Of a stretch of DNA of 64,000 nucleotides, positions 1 to 8,711 are shown piece by piece. Source of the DNA: an uncultured Ruminococcus sp. (GTDB lineage Bacteria > Bacillota > Clostridia > Oscillospirales > CAG-382); the NCBI GenBank assembly GCA_964402515.1, contig CAYOCM010000001.1, forward strand, positions 5,660 to 69,659, in the 5' to 3' direction. Each line of letters starts with the position of its first letter. The stretch's first letter is position 1. The position numbers and the translations under genes are program-made. The notes beneath the pieces are model-generated. The model was given only the letters and a program-made list of their open reading frames with translations, did not search any database and was not told the origin of the DNA.

Positions 1-906
1 GCCCGGAACCTGATAAAGCAAGGTATTAATGTTGACCTTGAGGACCTTGGGATCAAGTTGACCGCTTGCAATATACTTTTCACGCAACGTGGTGAAATAT
101 TTTGAAACAACGTCAAGTTTGGCAAGGTCAAGACCGGTATCATAAGGAGTGCCCTGTAAAGTCGCAACAATAGGCTCTGTGGGCGGCTGAGACGTGCCGA
201 GAGCCATGGGACTGATAGCGGTATCAATTATATCGCAGCCTGCCTCTATAGCTTTGAGCGCGGTCATAGATGCGAGACCTGCGGTATAGTGAGTATGCAA
301 TTCTACGGGAATATGGCAAACTGCTTTTATAGCCTTAACGAGATCGTATGCGTCATAAGGAGTGAGCAGACCCGCCATATCCTTTATGCATATCGAGTCG
401 GCACCCATTTCTTCAAGTTGCTTTGCATATTTTGCAAAATACTCGTTTGAAAAAACGGGACCCGTAGTGTATGAAAGTGCAGCCTGAACGTGACCGTTTT
501 CACGCTTGGTGGCATCAATAGCGGTCTTGAGGTTGCGCGGATCGTTGAGTGCATCGAATATTCTGATGATATCAATGCCGTTTGCGATGGATTTTTGAAC
601 AAAATATTCAACGACATCGTCGGCATAATGACGGTATCCGAGAATGTTTTGGCCTCTGAAAAGCATCTGAAGCTTTGTATTTTTAACATTGTCGCGTATT
701 ACGCGCAGCCTTTGCCAAGGATCTTCATTCAAGAATCTCATGCAGGCGTCGAACGTTGCACCGCCCCAACACTCTATTGCATGATACCCCACCTGATCGA
801 TTGCCGGCAAAATAGGCAACATCTCTTCGGTCGTCATTCTTGTTGCGATAAGCGACTGATGCGAGTCGCGCAAGACTGTTTCGCAAATTTTAACCTTTTG
901 TGCCAT
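1..906 (-). CDS. Carboxyltransferase (alpha) subunit of a biotin-dependent Na+-pumping decarboxylase, OadA/PycB type; the C-terminal part lies outside the window
   Basis: Absent from the ORF track because it is open to the window edge. Hand translation of the minus strand from ATG 906-904 gives MAQKVKICETVLRDSHQSLIATRMTTEEMLPILPAIDQVGYHAIECWGGATFDACMRFLNEDPWQRL... The ETxLRDxHQS and ECWGGATFD motifs belong to the HMGL-like pyruvate carboxyltransferase fold. GGAGG lies 8 nt upstream, and the gene starts 15 nt after the beta-subunit stop. Confidence 0.85.
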   Translation of the reverse strand, partial: MAQKVKICETVLRDSHQSLIATRMTTEEMLPILPAIDQVGYHAIECWGGATFDACMRFLNEDPWQRLRVIRDNVKNTKLQMLFRGQNILGYRHYADDVVEYFVQKSIANGIDIIRIFDALNDPRNLKTAIDATKRENGHVQAALSYTTGPVFSNEYFAKYAKQLEEMGADSICIKDMAGLLTPYDAYDLVKAIKAVCHIPVELHTHYTAGLASMTALKAIEAGCDIIDTAISPMALGTSQPPTEPIVATLQGTPYDTGLDLAKLDVVSKYFTTLREKYIASGQLDPKVLKVNINTLLYQVPG

Positions 907-921
907 TATAAACGCCTCCTG

Positions 922-2121
922 TTATATCTTAAACATTGTAAGGAAGACACCTGCGGCAACCGCGCTGCCTATAACGCCGGCCACATTGGGACCCATTGCG
1001 TTCATAAGCAAAAAGTTAGAGGGATCTTCTTTTTGACCGACGACCTGCGATACGCGTGCCGCCATAGGAACAGCCGAAACACCCGCACTGCCGATAAGAG
1101 GATTAACCTTGCCGCGCGTGATCCAGCACATAAGCTTGCCTACGAGCAGGCCGCCTATCGTGGCAAAGATAAATGCGCACAGGCCGAGGATGATGATATA
1201 AACCGTTTGCGTGCTGAGAAAATTCTCCGCATCGCATGTTGCGCCGACACTGACGCCGAGCAATATGGTTATAATGTTAATAAGCTCGTTTTGAGCGGTC
1301 TTTGAAAGTCTTTCGGTAACACCCGAAACTTTAAGCAGGTTGCCGAACATAAGCATACCGATAAGCGGTGTCGCATCGGGCAATATAAGGCAAACAAGCA
1401 ATGAGCAAACTATGGGGAATATAACCTCTTCGATCTTTGAAACGGGACGGCTTGCCTCCATGTGTATGGTGCGCTCTTTTTTGGTGGTGAGCAATTTCAT
1501 AAACGGCGGTTGAATCATGGGTATCAAAGCCATATATGAATATGCCGCGATAGCGATAGCGCCCAAGAGATGGGGTGCAAGCGTCTTTGTAACGAGTATG
1601 GCGGTCGGGCCGTCGGCACCGCCGATGATGCCTATAGCGGCAGCTTCCGCAGCCGAGAAACCGAGCAAAAGCGCGCCGATGAATGCGATAAACACGCCAA
1701 ATTGTGCGGCCGCACCCAAAAGCAAAGTCTTGGGGTTAGAAATAAGCGGCTTAAAGTCGGTCATAGCGCCGATACCCATAAATATCAGCGGAGGATAAAT
1801 GCCGAGTTTAACGCCAAGATAGAGATAATCAAGCAAGCCGCCGTTGGCGCCGAGCTCGGCCCAGTTGATAACCGCGCCGCTATCCTGAACAAAATAATTC
1901 ATAGTAAATATGTTGCTGCCGGGCAGGTTTGCAAGCAGCATGCCGAAAGCTATCGGCAAGAGCAGCAGCGGTTCAAACTTTTTAACTATTGCAAGGTAAA
2001 AGAGCACCGCAACTATAACGTACATAACAAGGTATTTCCAACCGCCGTTTATCAGTTGTTGACCGATGGCGTTAAAGCCGGACGACGAGAAAATACCCGA
2101 TATAATTTCACCGATGTTCAC
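922..2121 (-). CDS. Na+-translocating decarboxylase beta subunit (OadB/MmdB/GcdB family), polytopic membrane protein
   Basis: 399-aa ORF, hydrophobic throughout. Carries family-typical strings IIGGADGPTAI and GPNVAGVIGSAVAAG. Sits between the BCCP and carboxyltransferase genes. Confidence 0.9.
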   Translation of the reverse strand: MNIGEIISGIFSSSGFNAIGQQLINGGWKYLVMYVIVAVLFYLAIVKKFEPLLLLPIAFGMLLANLPGSNIFTMNYFVQDSGAVINWAELGANGGLLDYLYLGVKLGIYPPLIFMGIGAMTDFKPLISNPKTLLLGAAAQFGVFIAFIGALLLGFSAAEAAAIGIIGGADGPTAILVTKTLAPHLLGAIAIAAYSYMALIPMIQPPFMKLLTTKKERTIHMEASRPVSKIEEVIFPIVCSLLVCLILPDATPLIGMLMFGNLLKVSGVTERLSKTAQNELINIITILLGVSVGATCDAENFLSTQTVYIIILGLCAFIFATIGGLLVGKLMCWITRGKVNPLIGSAGVSAVPMAARVSQVVGQKEDPSNFLLMNAMGPNVAGVIGSAVAAGVFLTMFKI

Positions 2122-2173
2122 GATAACACACCTTTCTTAATACTTTATTTAATCAAATAATCAAGCCTTGCGA

Positions 2174-2551
2174 TCAGCCTATGGTGTAAAGGATGTCGCC
2201 GGTGTTGACAGATGCGCCTTCGCGTGCGGCGGCAGAGGTAACGGTGCCGTCACAAGGTGCAAAGATCTCGTTTTCCATCTTCATAGCTTCGAGAACGCAA
2301 AGAATGTCGCCTTTTTTTACCGACTGGCCGTTGGCAGCCTCAACTTTAAGTATAGTGCCGGGCATAGGGGCGGTAACTTTAGTGCCTGCGCCGTCGGCAA
2401 CGGGTGCCGCTGTGGGAGCGGGTGCTGCCGAGGGAGTGGGAGCTGCCGCGGGAGCGGGAGCCGCTGCGGGAGCATAAGTCTTGCCGGGAACAGCGTCTTC
2501 GACTGCTACCTCGTATTTTTTGCCGTTAACGGTTACGATATAATTTTTCAT
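2174..2551 (-). CDS. Biotin carboxyl carrier protein (biotinyl domain) with an Ala/Pro linker
   Basis: 125-aa ORF with the biotinylation motif [12 protein letters not shown] and the linker [24 protein letters not shown]. Confidence 0.9.
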   Translation of the reverse strand: MKNYIVTVNGKKYEVAVEDAVPGKTYAPAAAPAPAAAPTPSAAPAPTAAPVADGAGTKVTAPMPGTILKVEAANGQSVKKGDILCVLEAMKMENEIFAPCDGTVTSAAAREGASVNTGDILYTIG

Positions 2552-2567
2552 TTTAAATCATTTCTCC

Positions 2568-3041
2568 TTATTTGATCTCTGTTATTGAAATAACGTTGAA
2601 TGCGCAATCGGATTCGCCTCTTGCGGCGGCAATTGCGGCGGTGCATACGGCAACGAGCTCAGACTCGTCGGTTTGGGCGGTTTGAGGTTGCTGTGTTTTT
2701 TGTGCGGGTTGTGCTGCGGCTTTGGGTGTCGACTCACCCCCCACTATTTTTGAGACGAGTGCGATAGCACCCCAGAGAATGATGAGCACCGCAAAAACTA
2801 TGCCAATGCCGATGCCGGCGGTCTCGAGACCGAAGATAAGCTTGTCTCCCAACGATGCGTTTTCATGATCAAAACTTACCAACGGGCCTTTGCTGTCATC
2901 CGGCACTTGGCTGCTATCCGAGACTTCGCCGTTAGGCATATCGTTATCGGACTGCGATGTAAAATAGATCGCAAGCAAAATGCCCGCTACGAGCACGACG
3001 GCAAGAATCGAAAACAGCACTCTTTGTGTTTTAACGTTCAA
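2568..3041 (-). CDS. OadG-like small membrane (gamma) subunit of the decarboxylase
   Basis: Contains a TM helix (GIGIGIVFAVLIILWGAIALV), a Pro/Gln-rich linker and a C-terminal ELVAVCTAAIAAARGE segment, as in OadG-family proteins. The track ORF extends to ATG 3107, but that ATG lies about 10 nt from the predicted TSS with no RBS. I therefore prefer TTG 3041, preceded by GGAAAGG. The start remains uncertain. Confidence 0.55.
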   Translation of the reverse strand: MNVKTQRVLFSILAVVLVAGILLAIYFTSQSDNDMPNGEVSDSSQVPDDSKGPLVSFDHENASLGDKLIFGLETAGIGIGIVFAVLIILWGAIALVSKIVGGESTPKAAAQPAQKTQQPQTAQTDESELVAVCTAAIAAARGESDCAFNVISITEIK

Positions 3042-3124
3042 TGCAAAACCAACCTTTCCGAAAGGGTAAAGGGACCGAAAACAGCGGTTTCCCCTATCCT
3101 CTCCCATTTTATATTACATCGTGT

Positions 3125-3153
3125 ATTATACAATATATTTTCACTTAAATCAA
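3125..3153 (-). promoter_or_regulatory. Sigma-A type promoter of the decarboxylase operon
   Basis: Minus strand reads TTGATT, a 17-nt spacer, then TATAAT. Confidence 0.5.
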
Positions 3154-3304
3154 GCACAAAATTGCAAAAAATAATCAATATCGCCAAAAATAAAGATTGC
3201 CGCCAAACCTGCCGCCGTGATCTTTGATTAGGTGTATTTTGCGGTCGTTTGTGTTTGCGGTCAATAAATGTCATATAACGCAAAAAGCGTTAATGCGTTA
3301 CCCC

Positions 3305-3338
3305 GCAAAAAATATACCGTGCGTTTAAGCACGGTATA
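3305..3338 (-). terminator. Rho-independent terminator after the ACP gene
   Basis: Minus strand reads TATACCGTGC-TTAAAC-GCACGGTATA (10-bp stem) followed by TTTTTT. Confidence 0.8.
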
Positions 3339-3348
3339 AAACAATATG

Positions 3349-3582
3349 TTATCTGTCAGCGGTTTTATCTTCGAGATATTTGACGATATCGCCTATAGTC
3401 ATAAGACCGGGCAGGTCTTCTTCGGCAAAAGTGATGTCAAACTTATCCTCGCAGATAACTACCATATCTGCCATTTCAAGAGAATTAAGTCCGAGATCGT
3501 TAACAAGTTCGGCATCTGCGGTGATGCTGTCGGCGGGGATGCTCATCTGCTCGACAAGCAAATCTTTTAGTTGTTCAAACAT
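3349..3582 (-). CDS. Acyl carrier protein (stand-alone)
   Basis: 77 aa, acidic. DLGLNSLEMADMV matches the phosphopantetheine-attachment pattern (D-L-G-x-D/N-S-L). Lies 10 nt downstream of the ligase gene. Confidence 0.8.
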   Translation of the reverse strand: MFEQLKDLLVEQMSIPADSITADAELVNDLGLNSLEMADMVVICEDKFDITFAEEDLPGLMTIGDIVKYLEDKTADR

Positions 3583-3592
3583 AGTGTACCTC

Positions 3593-5314
3593 TTAAATAA
3601 CTTTATTTCTTATAATCTTTTTTGTTGTGGTTTTTTCAAACTCGGTGCGTCTGATCTCGATATTGCGTATTTGTTTATATGCGGGATGCTGACGGTTTAT
3701 GGCAGCGACTTCGGCTTTTAATTTTTCGGCAATGCGCGCCTGGTCAAGCCCCTGCAAAGCATCGTAATCGGGATATATTATAGCGGTAAGCACTTCGTCG
3801 CCGCTGTCGGTAACGCGCGAACAAACAACGCACTCACGCACAAGATCGCTTTTATACAGATATTCTTCGATCTCTTCGGGATATATATTTTTGCCGTTAG
3901 GCAATATGATGATATTTTTTTTGCGGCCGGTAATATAGATAAATCCGTCCTTATCGATATATCCGTAGTCACCCGTACGAAAATATCCGTCATCGGTAAA
4001 GACGGCCTTTGTCGCCTCGGGATCTTTATAATATCCTATCATGACCTGAGGGCCAAGCACGCATATCTCGCCGATTTCTTCACCCGCGGCGACGCGTTCA
4101 CTGCCGTCGTCGTTTTCGACAAGTATCTTGACGGTGCAACCCTTCATACATTTGCCTACGGAACCGAATTTCATATCGTCCGGCGGATTGACCGAAACAA
4201 GCGGAGCGCACTCGGTTATGCCGTAACCCTGTGCAACGGTTATTCCGAGCTCGTCAAAGCGTTTGATAAGCGACGGCTCAAGCGCTGCGCCGCCGCAAAC
4301 GATATATTTAAGGCGTCCGCCGAAGCCCGCACGCACTTTGCCGAACATTATAGAGCGCGTATCGATGCCTATATGACGCATAGCATTGCTGGCGGCTACG
4401 CCCAATTTAAAGACTTTTTCGAGTTTGTTGTTGCGCACCTCGGCTTGAACACGTCTGTACATAGTGTCAAGGAACAAGGGCACAACTATCATACCCGTGG
4501 GTTTGACTATCTGTATATTTTTTGCAAAATACTTAAGGCTGTTGTTAAAAACGACCGTAGCACCGCAAAGTATAGGTCCCAATATGCCGCAACAGGTCTC
4601 ATATGTGTGATGAGCGGGCAAAACGGAAAAGAACACATCGTTTTCGTTATACGGAGTCATAGACGTTCCGCCTATCAAGCTGGCAAGTATATTTGACTGC
4701 GAGATCATAACACCTTTGCTTGTGCCCGTGGTGCCGGATGTAAATATAATAGCGGCAAGATTGTCGGGATCGTTGTCGATCGTGCGAACGGTCTCGCCGT
4801 TTTGGGCAAGTTCTTTTTTGCCGAAAGCGATAAGGTCCGAATAAGGCTCGATATAATCGGGCTGAGCATCTGTTATGTCAAAACATATCAAATGCTTTAC
4901 ACACATCATACGTTCAGATAGCACGGCAAGTTTCAATGCATAAGTCTGCGAGCAAAACACCGATTCGCATTCGGAAAGCGAAATAAAATCTGTCATGCGT
5001 TCGGGCGCAAGGTCACGGTCTATCGGCACCACAACCGCACCCGCGGCAATAGAGGCGACATATACCACCACCCATTCGGGACGCGACTCGGATACCACGG
5101 CAACATGCTTGCCGGTATATCCTTTAAGTATAAAATACGCCGCAAGCGCCTCGACATCGGCAAAAAACTCGCTGTACGAGACCGTAACAATAGATTTGTC
5201 TTTAGCAAAATACTGATAGAGCGGCTTATCACCAAAAATCGAAGCACGGTCCTCTATCAGTTTAAACAAAGTATCATATTTTAAAAATCTGTCATTGACG
5301 AACTTTTTTATCAT
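3593..5314 (-). CDS. AMP-forming acyl ligase (long-chain fatty-acid CoA/ACP ligase family)
   Basis: 573 aa with adenylate-forming motifs TSGTTGTSKGVM, GYGITE, TGDYGYIDKDGFIYITGRKKN and the C-terminal lysine region. Confidence 0.85.
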   Translation of the reverse strand: MIKKFVNDRFLKYDTLFKLIEDRASIFGDKPLYQYFAKDKSIVTVSYSEFFADVEALAAYFILKGYTGKHVAVVSESRPEWVVVYVASIAAGAVVVPIDRDLAPERMTDFISLSECESVFCSQTYALKLAVLSERMMCVKHLICFDITDAQPDYIEPYSDLIAFGKKELAQNGETVRTIDNDPDNLAAIIFTSGTTGTSKGVMISQSNILASLIGGTSMTPYNENDVFFSVLPAHHTYETCCGILGPILCGATVVFNNSLKYFAKNIQIVKPTGMIVVPLFLDTMYRRVQAEVRNNKLEKVFKLGVAASNAMRHIGIDTRSIMFGKVRAGFGGRLKYIVCGGAALEPSLIKRFDELGITVAQGYGITECAPLVSVNPPDDMKFGSVGKCMKGCTVKILVENDDGSERVAAGEEIGEICVLGPQVMIGYYKDPEATKAVFTDDGYFRTGDYGYIDKDGFIYITGRKKNIIILPNGKNIYPEEIEEYLYKSDLVRECVVCSRVTDSGDEVLTAIIYPDYDALQGLDQARIAEKLKAEVAAINRQHPAYKQIRNIEIRRTEFEKTTTKKIIRNKVI

Positions 5315-5382
5315 CGGTTTACCTCATCAGGAAAAGAACAAACGTTAGTGCGCAAAAACACATATTAAATCTTACATTAACC

Positions 5383-5410
5383 ATTATACCCATATTCTGC
5401 GACTTGTCAA
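5383..5410 (-). promoter_or_regulatory. Sigma-A type promoter of the ligase-ACP pair
   Basis: Minus strand reads TTGACA, a 16-nt spacer, then TATAAT. Two hairpins between it and the alr stop (5430-5500) could terminate alr transcription. Confidence 0.5.
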
Positions 5411-5513
5411 TAGCAAAATACCGTCGGCAAAACCGACTGTTTTTGTATTGCCGTGACAACAGCCCTCGTTTTGAGGGCTGCTGTTTTGAGTGGGAATAAT
5501 GCCGAATGTAAAT

Positions 5514-6623
5514 TTATTTGTTTATATATACCTGTTCAACACGCTGGCGGAACATACAAAGAACCTCATAATTGATGGTATTCATCTGTTTTGCCAAGCG
5601 GCAGACACTGTCGGCGTTGTCAAATATTACGGCGATATCGCCGCGGGCAATGTTTTTAAGCGATGAAACATCGACCATGCACAGATCCATGCATATTCTG
5701 CCGACTATGCGACAATCAACGCCGTTAATGTTCACGGTCGCTTTGCCCGAAAGCGTGCGTGAAAAACCGTCGGCATAGCCTATCGATATAACGGCTACGG
5801 TCATATCGTCGAGAGCGGTAAACGTTCCGCCGTAACTTATACGATCACCTTTGTGCAAACGCTTGACCGAATAAACACGGCACGCAACTCGCATTGCGGG
5901 CAAAAGGTTAGCATCGTTTATGGTTTCGGGTGCGGGCGAATGCCCGTAAAGTATTATGCCCGGTCTTACGGCGTCGAGATGCATATGCGAAAACGAAAGT
6001 ATTGCCGCGGAATTACAACAATGGCGCATTCCGACATCGACATTTCGCGACGAAAGTTCATCGAGCACCGCACAGAACAAGCCGTATTGTTTATCTGTCA
6101 TGTTCGAAGAAATATTGTCGGATTCGGCAAAATGAGTAAAAATCCCGCAGACTTTAATGTTTTGCATCTTTGATATCTTTTCGGCATCATCGGCAGCTTT
6201 TTTGACATCTCCGTCGCAATGGCAATAAACGCCCAGCCTTGACATACCCGTATCGACTTTGATATGAACTTTAACGCACGCTCTCGCGGCAAGCGCCGCA
6301 GCATAGTCAACATCGGTCACCGCCTGCATAATGTCGTATTCCTGCAATATATGCGCATCCTCTTCGGGTGTAACGCCGAGTATAAGTATATTGCCGTCAA
6401 TGCCCGTGTTTCTTAGCTGTAACGCCTCATCAAGACATGCGACGGCAAAATTATCGCAACCGAGTTTTTGCAGATGTTCGGCAACACGTGCGGCTCCGTG
6501 GCCGTATGCGTTAGCCTTAACCACGGCGATTATCTCGGCACCGCAGGCCAATGTTTTTATATATTTATAATTATGTTCTATTGCCGAAAGATCTATCTCG
6601 GCAAATGCTCTGTGAGAAATCAA
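5514..6623 (-). CDS. alr: Alanine racemase
   Basis: 369 aa. The PLP-lysine motif AVVKANAYGHG is near the N-terminus, and the overall length and pattern match Alr. Confidence 0.9.
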   Translation of the reverse strand: MISHRAFAEIDLSAIEHNYKYIKTLACGAEIIAVVKANAYGHGAARVAEHLQKLGCDNFAVACLDEALQLRNTGIDGNILILGVTPEEDAHILQEYDIMQAVTDVDYAAALAARACVKVHIKVDTGMSRLGVYCHCDGDVKKAADDAEKISKMQNIKVCGIFTHFAESDNISSNMTDKQYGLFCAVLDELSSRNVDVGMRHCCNSAAILSFSHMHLDAVRPGIILYGHSPAPETINDANLLPAMRVACRVYSVKRLHKGDRISYGGTFTALDDMTVAVISIGYADGFSRTLSGKATVNINGVDCRIVGRICMDLCMVDVSSLKNIARGDIAVIFDNADSVCRLAKQMNTINYEVLCMFRQRVEQVYINK

Positions 6624-6625
6624 TT

Positions 6626-7087
6626 TTAATCATCCCCGTCGATCAACTCATAATATCTGTCATCGATAAAAAATCCGACAACAGATTGCTTTTGCTTATC
6701 ATAATACACTAAACAACTCATTTCGTCAAGCGCATAACCGAAAATCGACAAACCGTTTCGGTTAGTTTGCGAAACAGGCAAAGTGCCGTTTATTATTGTG
6801 ACGGCTTTTGCGGCATCATACGGTATAGCACAGGCGGAATACGGCATTACCGTTTCGAGCCCTTTGTATGTACACAGTGTGGTTTCGCCGAATGTAAGGC
6901 ACATTCCGTCAAGCGTATCGGGCTTGATTATTCGTGCGCAAACGGTGTCCGACGAAAGGCAAAGTTTAAATTTCAGCTCGCCGCAGGATAACACTGTGCC
7001 GTCATCTATATGCGGCAAAGTATTTTGGCACGAACATAAAAAGCATAAAACAAACAGCGCAAAACAAAGTAAAAATGTTTTTTTAAT
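6626..7087 (-). CDS. Small Cys-rich lipoprotein, probably initiated at a non-canonical ATT (or ATC 7090) codon
   Basis: The track ORF starts at TTG 7018. The in-frame upstream codons read (I)IKKTFLLCFALFVLCFLCSCQNT, a complete lipoprotein signal peptide with a lipobox Cys. No ATG, GTG or TTG occurs back to the in-frame stop at 7148-7150. GAGGAG lies 6 nt upstream of ATT 7087. Confidence 0.55.
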   Translation of the reverse strand: MKKTFLLCFALFVLCFLCSCQNTLPHIDDGTVLSCGELKFKLCLSSDTVCARIIKPDTLDGMCLTFGETTLCTYKGLETVMPYSACAIPYDAAKAVTIINGTLPVSQTNRNGLSIFGYALDEMSCLVYYDKQKQSVVGFFIDDRYYELIDGDD

Positions 7088-7103
7088 GATCTGCTCCTCG
7101 CTT

Positions 7104-7919
7104 TCAGCAAAGCAGCTTACCCGCTTCTGAACACAGTTCGCCGGGCATTACTCCGCGCACGCCGTATTTTTTTGCAAGTTCTTTGCCCGCGGCGCTGTGC
7201 GTATGTACGCCGAGCAACGCGGCGTCGGATATGTTCATTCCCTGAGCGCAAAGCGACGCGATAATGCCGGCAAGCACGTCACCGCTGCCGCCTTTGGCAA
7301 GTTCGCTGCCGCCCAATGTGTCGACATACACGGTATCGTCGGGCAAAGCGATAACCGTATTATGGCCTTTAAGCACTGTTACGCAACCGTATTCGGCGGC
7401 AAAATCACGTGCGATATTCTCGCGGTCATTTTGTATTTCGGATATACTCATTCCGGTAAGGCGCGACATTTCTCCGGGGTGCGGTGTGATTATAAGCTCG
7501 CAATGCATATTTTTTATTATATCTTTATGCAAGGAAACAAAATTTATGCCGTCGGCGTCGAGTACGGTGGGACATTTTAAAGACGAAAGTATATAAGGCA
7601 ACAAACTGTCGTATGTTCTGCCTATTCCGCAGCCGATTACGCACGATGTGAATCTGCGCTCGAAAAAGCGATCCGGCGAAACACATATAGCCTCTGGCAA
7701 AGCAAGACGCACTGTATCAAGCAAGGCTTTTTCGCCGGATTGCAAAAGCAGTCCGGCACCGCATCTGAGTATAGCGTTTCCGCAGAGCAACGCGGCACCG
7801 GTCATTTCGCCGCATCCCGTAAGTGCGGCAACCGTGCCGAAATCGGTTTTACAGGACTTTTCGTCACGTTTGGGAACATGCGGAATATTATTATCTTCGA
7901 GAATACATCGTTTTGCCAT
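7104..7919 (-). CDS. nnrD: ADP/ATP-dependent NAD(P)H-hydrate dehydratase (YjeF C-terminal / carbohydrate-kinase fold)
   Basis: GGSGDVLAGIIASL near the C-terminus and HPGE in the middle are typical of the family. ATG 7919 has a GAGGTG RBS 6 nt upstream, whereas the track start GTG 7928 overlaps that RBS. Confidence 0.8.
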   Translation of the reverse strand: MAKRCILEDNNIPHVPKRDEKSCKTDFGTVAALTGCGEMTGAALLCGNAILRCGAGLLLQSGEKALLDTVRLALPEAICVSPDRFFERRFTSCVIGCGIGRTYDSLLPYILSSLKCPTVLDADGINFVSLHKDIIKNMHCELIITPHPGEMSRLTGMSISEIQNDRENIARDFAAEYGCVTVLKGHNTVIALPDDTVYVDTLGGSELAKGGSGDVLAGIIASLCAQGMNISDAALLGVHTHSAAGKELAKKYGVRGVMPGELCSEAGKLLC

Positions 7920-7954
7920 TATTATCACCTCGCCGAAATGATATCACAAAACGC

Positions 7955-8611
7955 TTATTGCCGCAAGAGGTCAAAAAAAGCTTTTTCGCTGTCATACTCA
8001 TCTGTCTTGTCGAGCCCGCCGACAAATATCGGCAAAACACAGCCGTAAATATACTTATAGCAAAACAGTCCGTATATATCGGCACCGCGGGTTGTAAAAG
8101 AACGAAATGTCAAAAAATGCGGAACTTTAAAATCGATATCCGCCGTGCGCGATTTTACGGTAACAAAAACATCGCCTTTTTCGATATTAGCAAATGCGGT
8201 GGCCGAATCCGATTGCGCATAAGCCGCACAAGGCATCTTTGATATATGTTCGGCGACTTTACCGTCACGATACAAAATAAAAGCGCCGTCACATGTGCAG
8301 ACAACCGGCAAACCGTTTAAGGTAACGGAAAGCGAATTTGCTTTTTCCGCAATGCACACGCAGGCTTTTTCGGCAAATGACGGCGCAAGATATATCAGTT
8401 CCCGATTGCCGTGCAAGGCTATATAGCCGTCGACATCGCGACATATGCGACAAACAGCGCGTGTCAAAGCGATTTTTGACAGCAACTTTGCCGTAACGGT
8501 ATCAAACAGATAAAGATACGGCGTATGACCGTCTGTAAGCAAAAGACCGTCATGCGTAATCACTCCGCCGCACGGGGCGATTCTTTGCGGCAGATAATAA
8601 GCTATATTCAT
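7955..8611 (-). CDS. Hypothetical Cys-rich protein (218 aa)
   Basis: ATG 8611 is preceded by GAGGAG. The longer track ORF (to 8806) would overlap the spoIVB 3' end. No motif recognised. Confidence 0.45.
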   Translation of the reverse strand: MNIAYYLPQRIAPCGGVITHDGLLLTDGHTPYLYLFDTVTAKLLSKIALTRAVCRICRDVDGYIALHGNRELIYLAPSFAEKACVCIAEKANSLSVTLNGLPVVCTCDGAFILYRDGKVAEHISKMPCAAYAQSDSATAFANIEKGDVFVTVKSRTADIDFKVPHFLTFRSFTTRGADIYGLFCYKYIYGCVLPIFVGGLDKTDEYDSEKAFFDLLRQ

Positions 8612-8711
8612 ACAAAGCCACTCCTCTCTTGATAAGTATATGCAAAAGGCAAAAATATAGGTACGCAAACATAAAAACAGGCTCTTGACATAGCAAAAGC
8701 CTGTTTTTGCT

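Noticed and set aside
490-2160. Plus-strand ORFs 490-1305, 1517-1798 and 1570-2160.
   Set aside because: They are antisense to the decarboxylase alpha and beta genes, whose translations carry clear family motifs.
2395-2470. Apparent tandem DNA repeat (GGGAGC / GCTGCC units).
   Set aside because: This is the coding sequence of the Ala/Pro-rich flexible linker of the biotin carrier protein. It is neither a CRISPR array nor a mobile repeat.
3038-3283. 81-aa basic minus-strand ORF upstream of the decarboxylase operon.
   Set aside because: It spans the promoter and 5' end of the OadG-like gene in another frame. It has no RBS, and its composition is that of AT-rich non-coding DNA.
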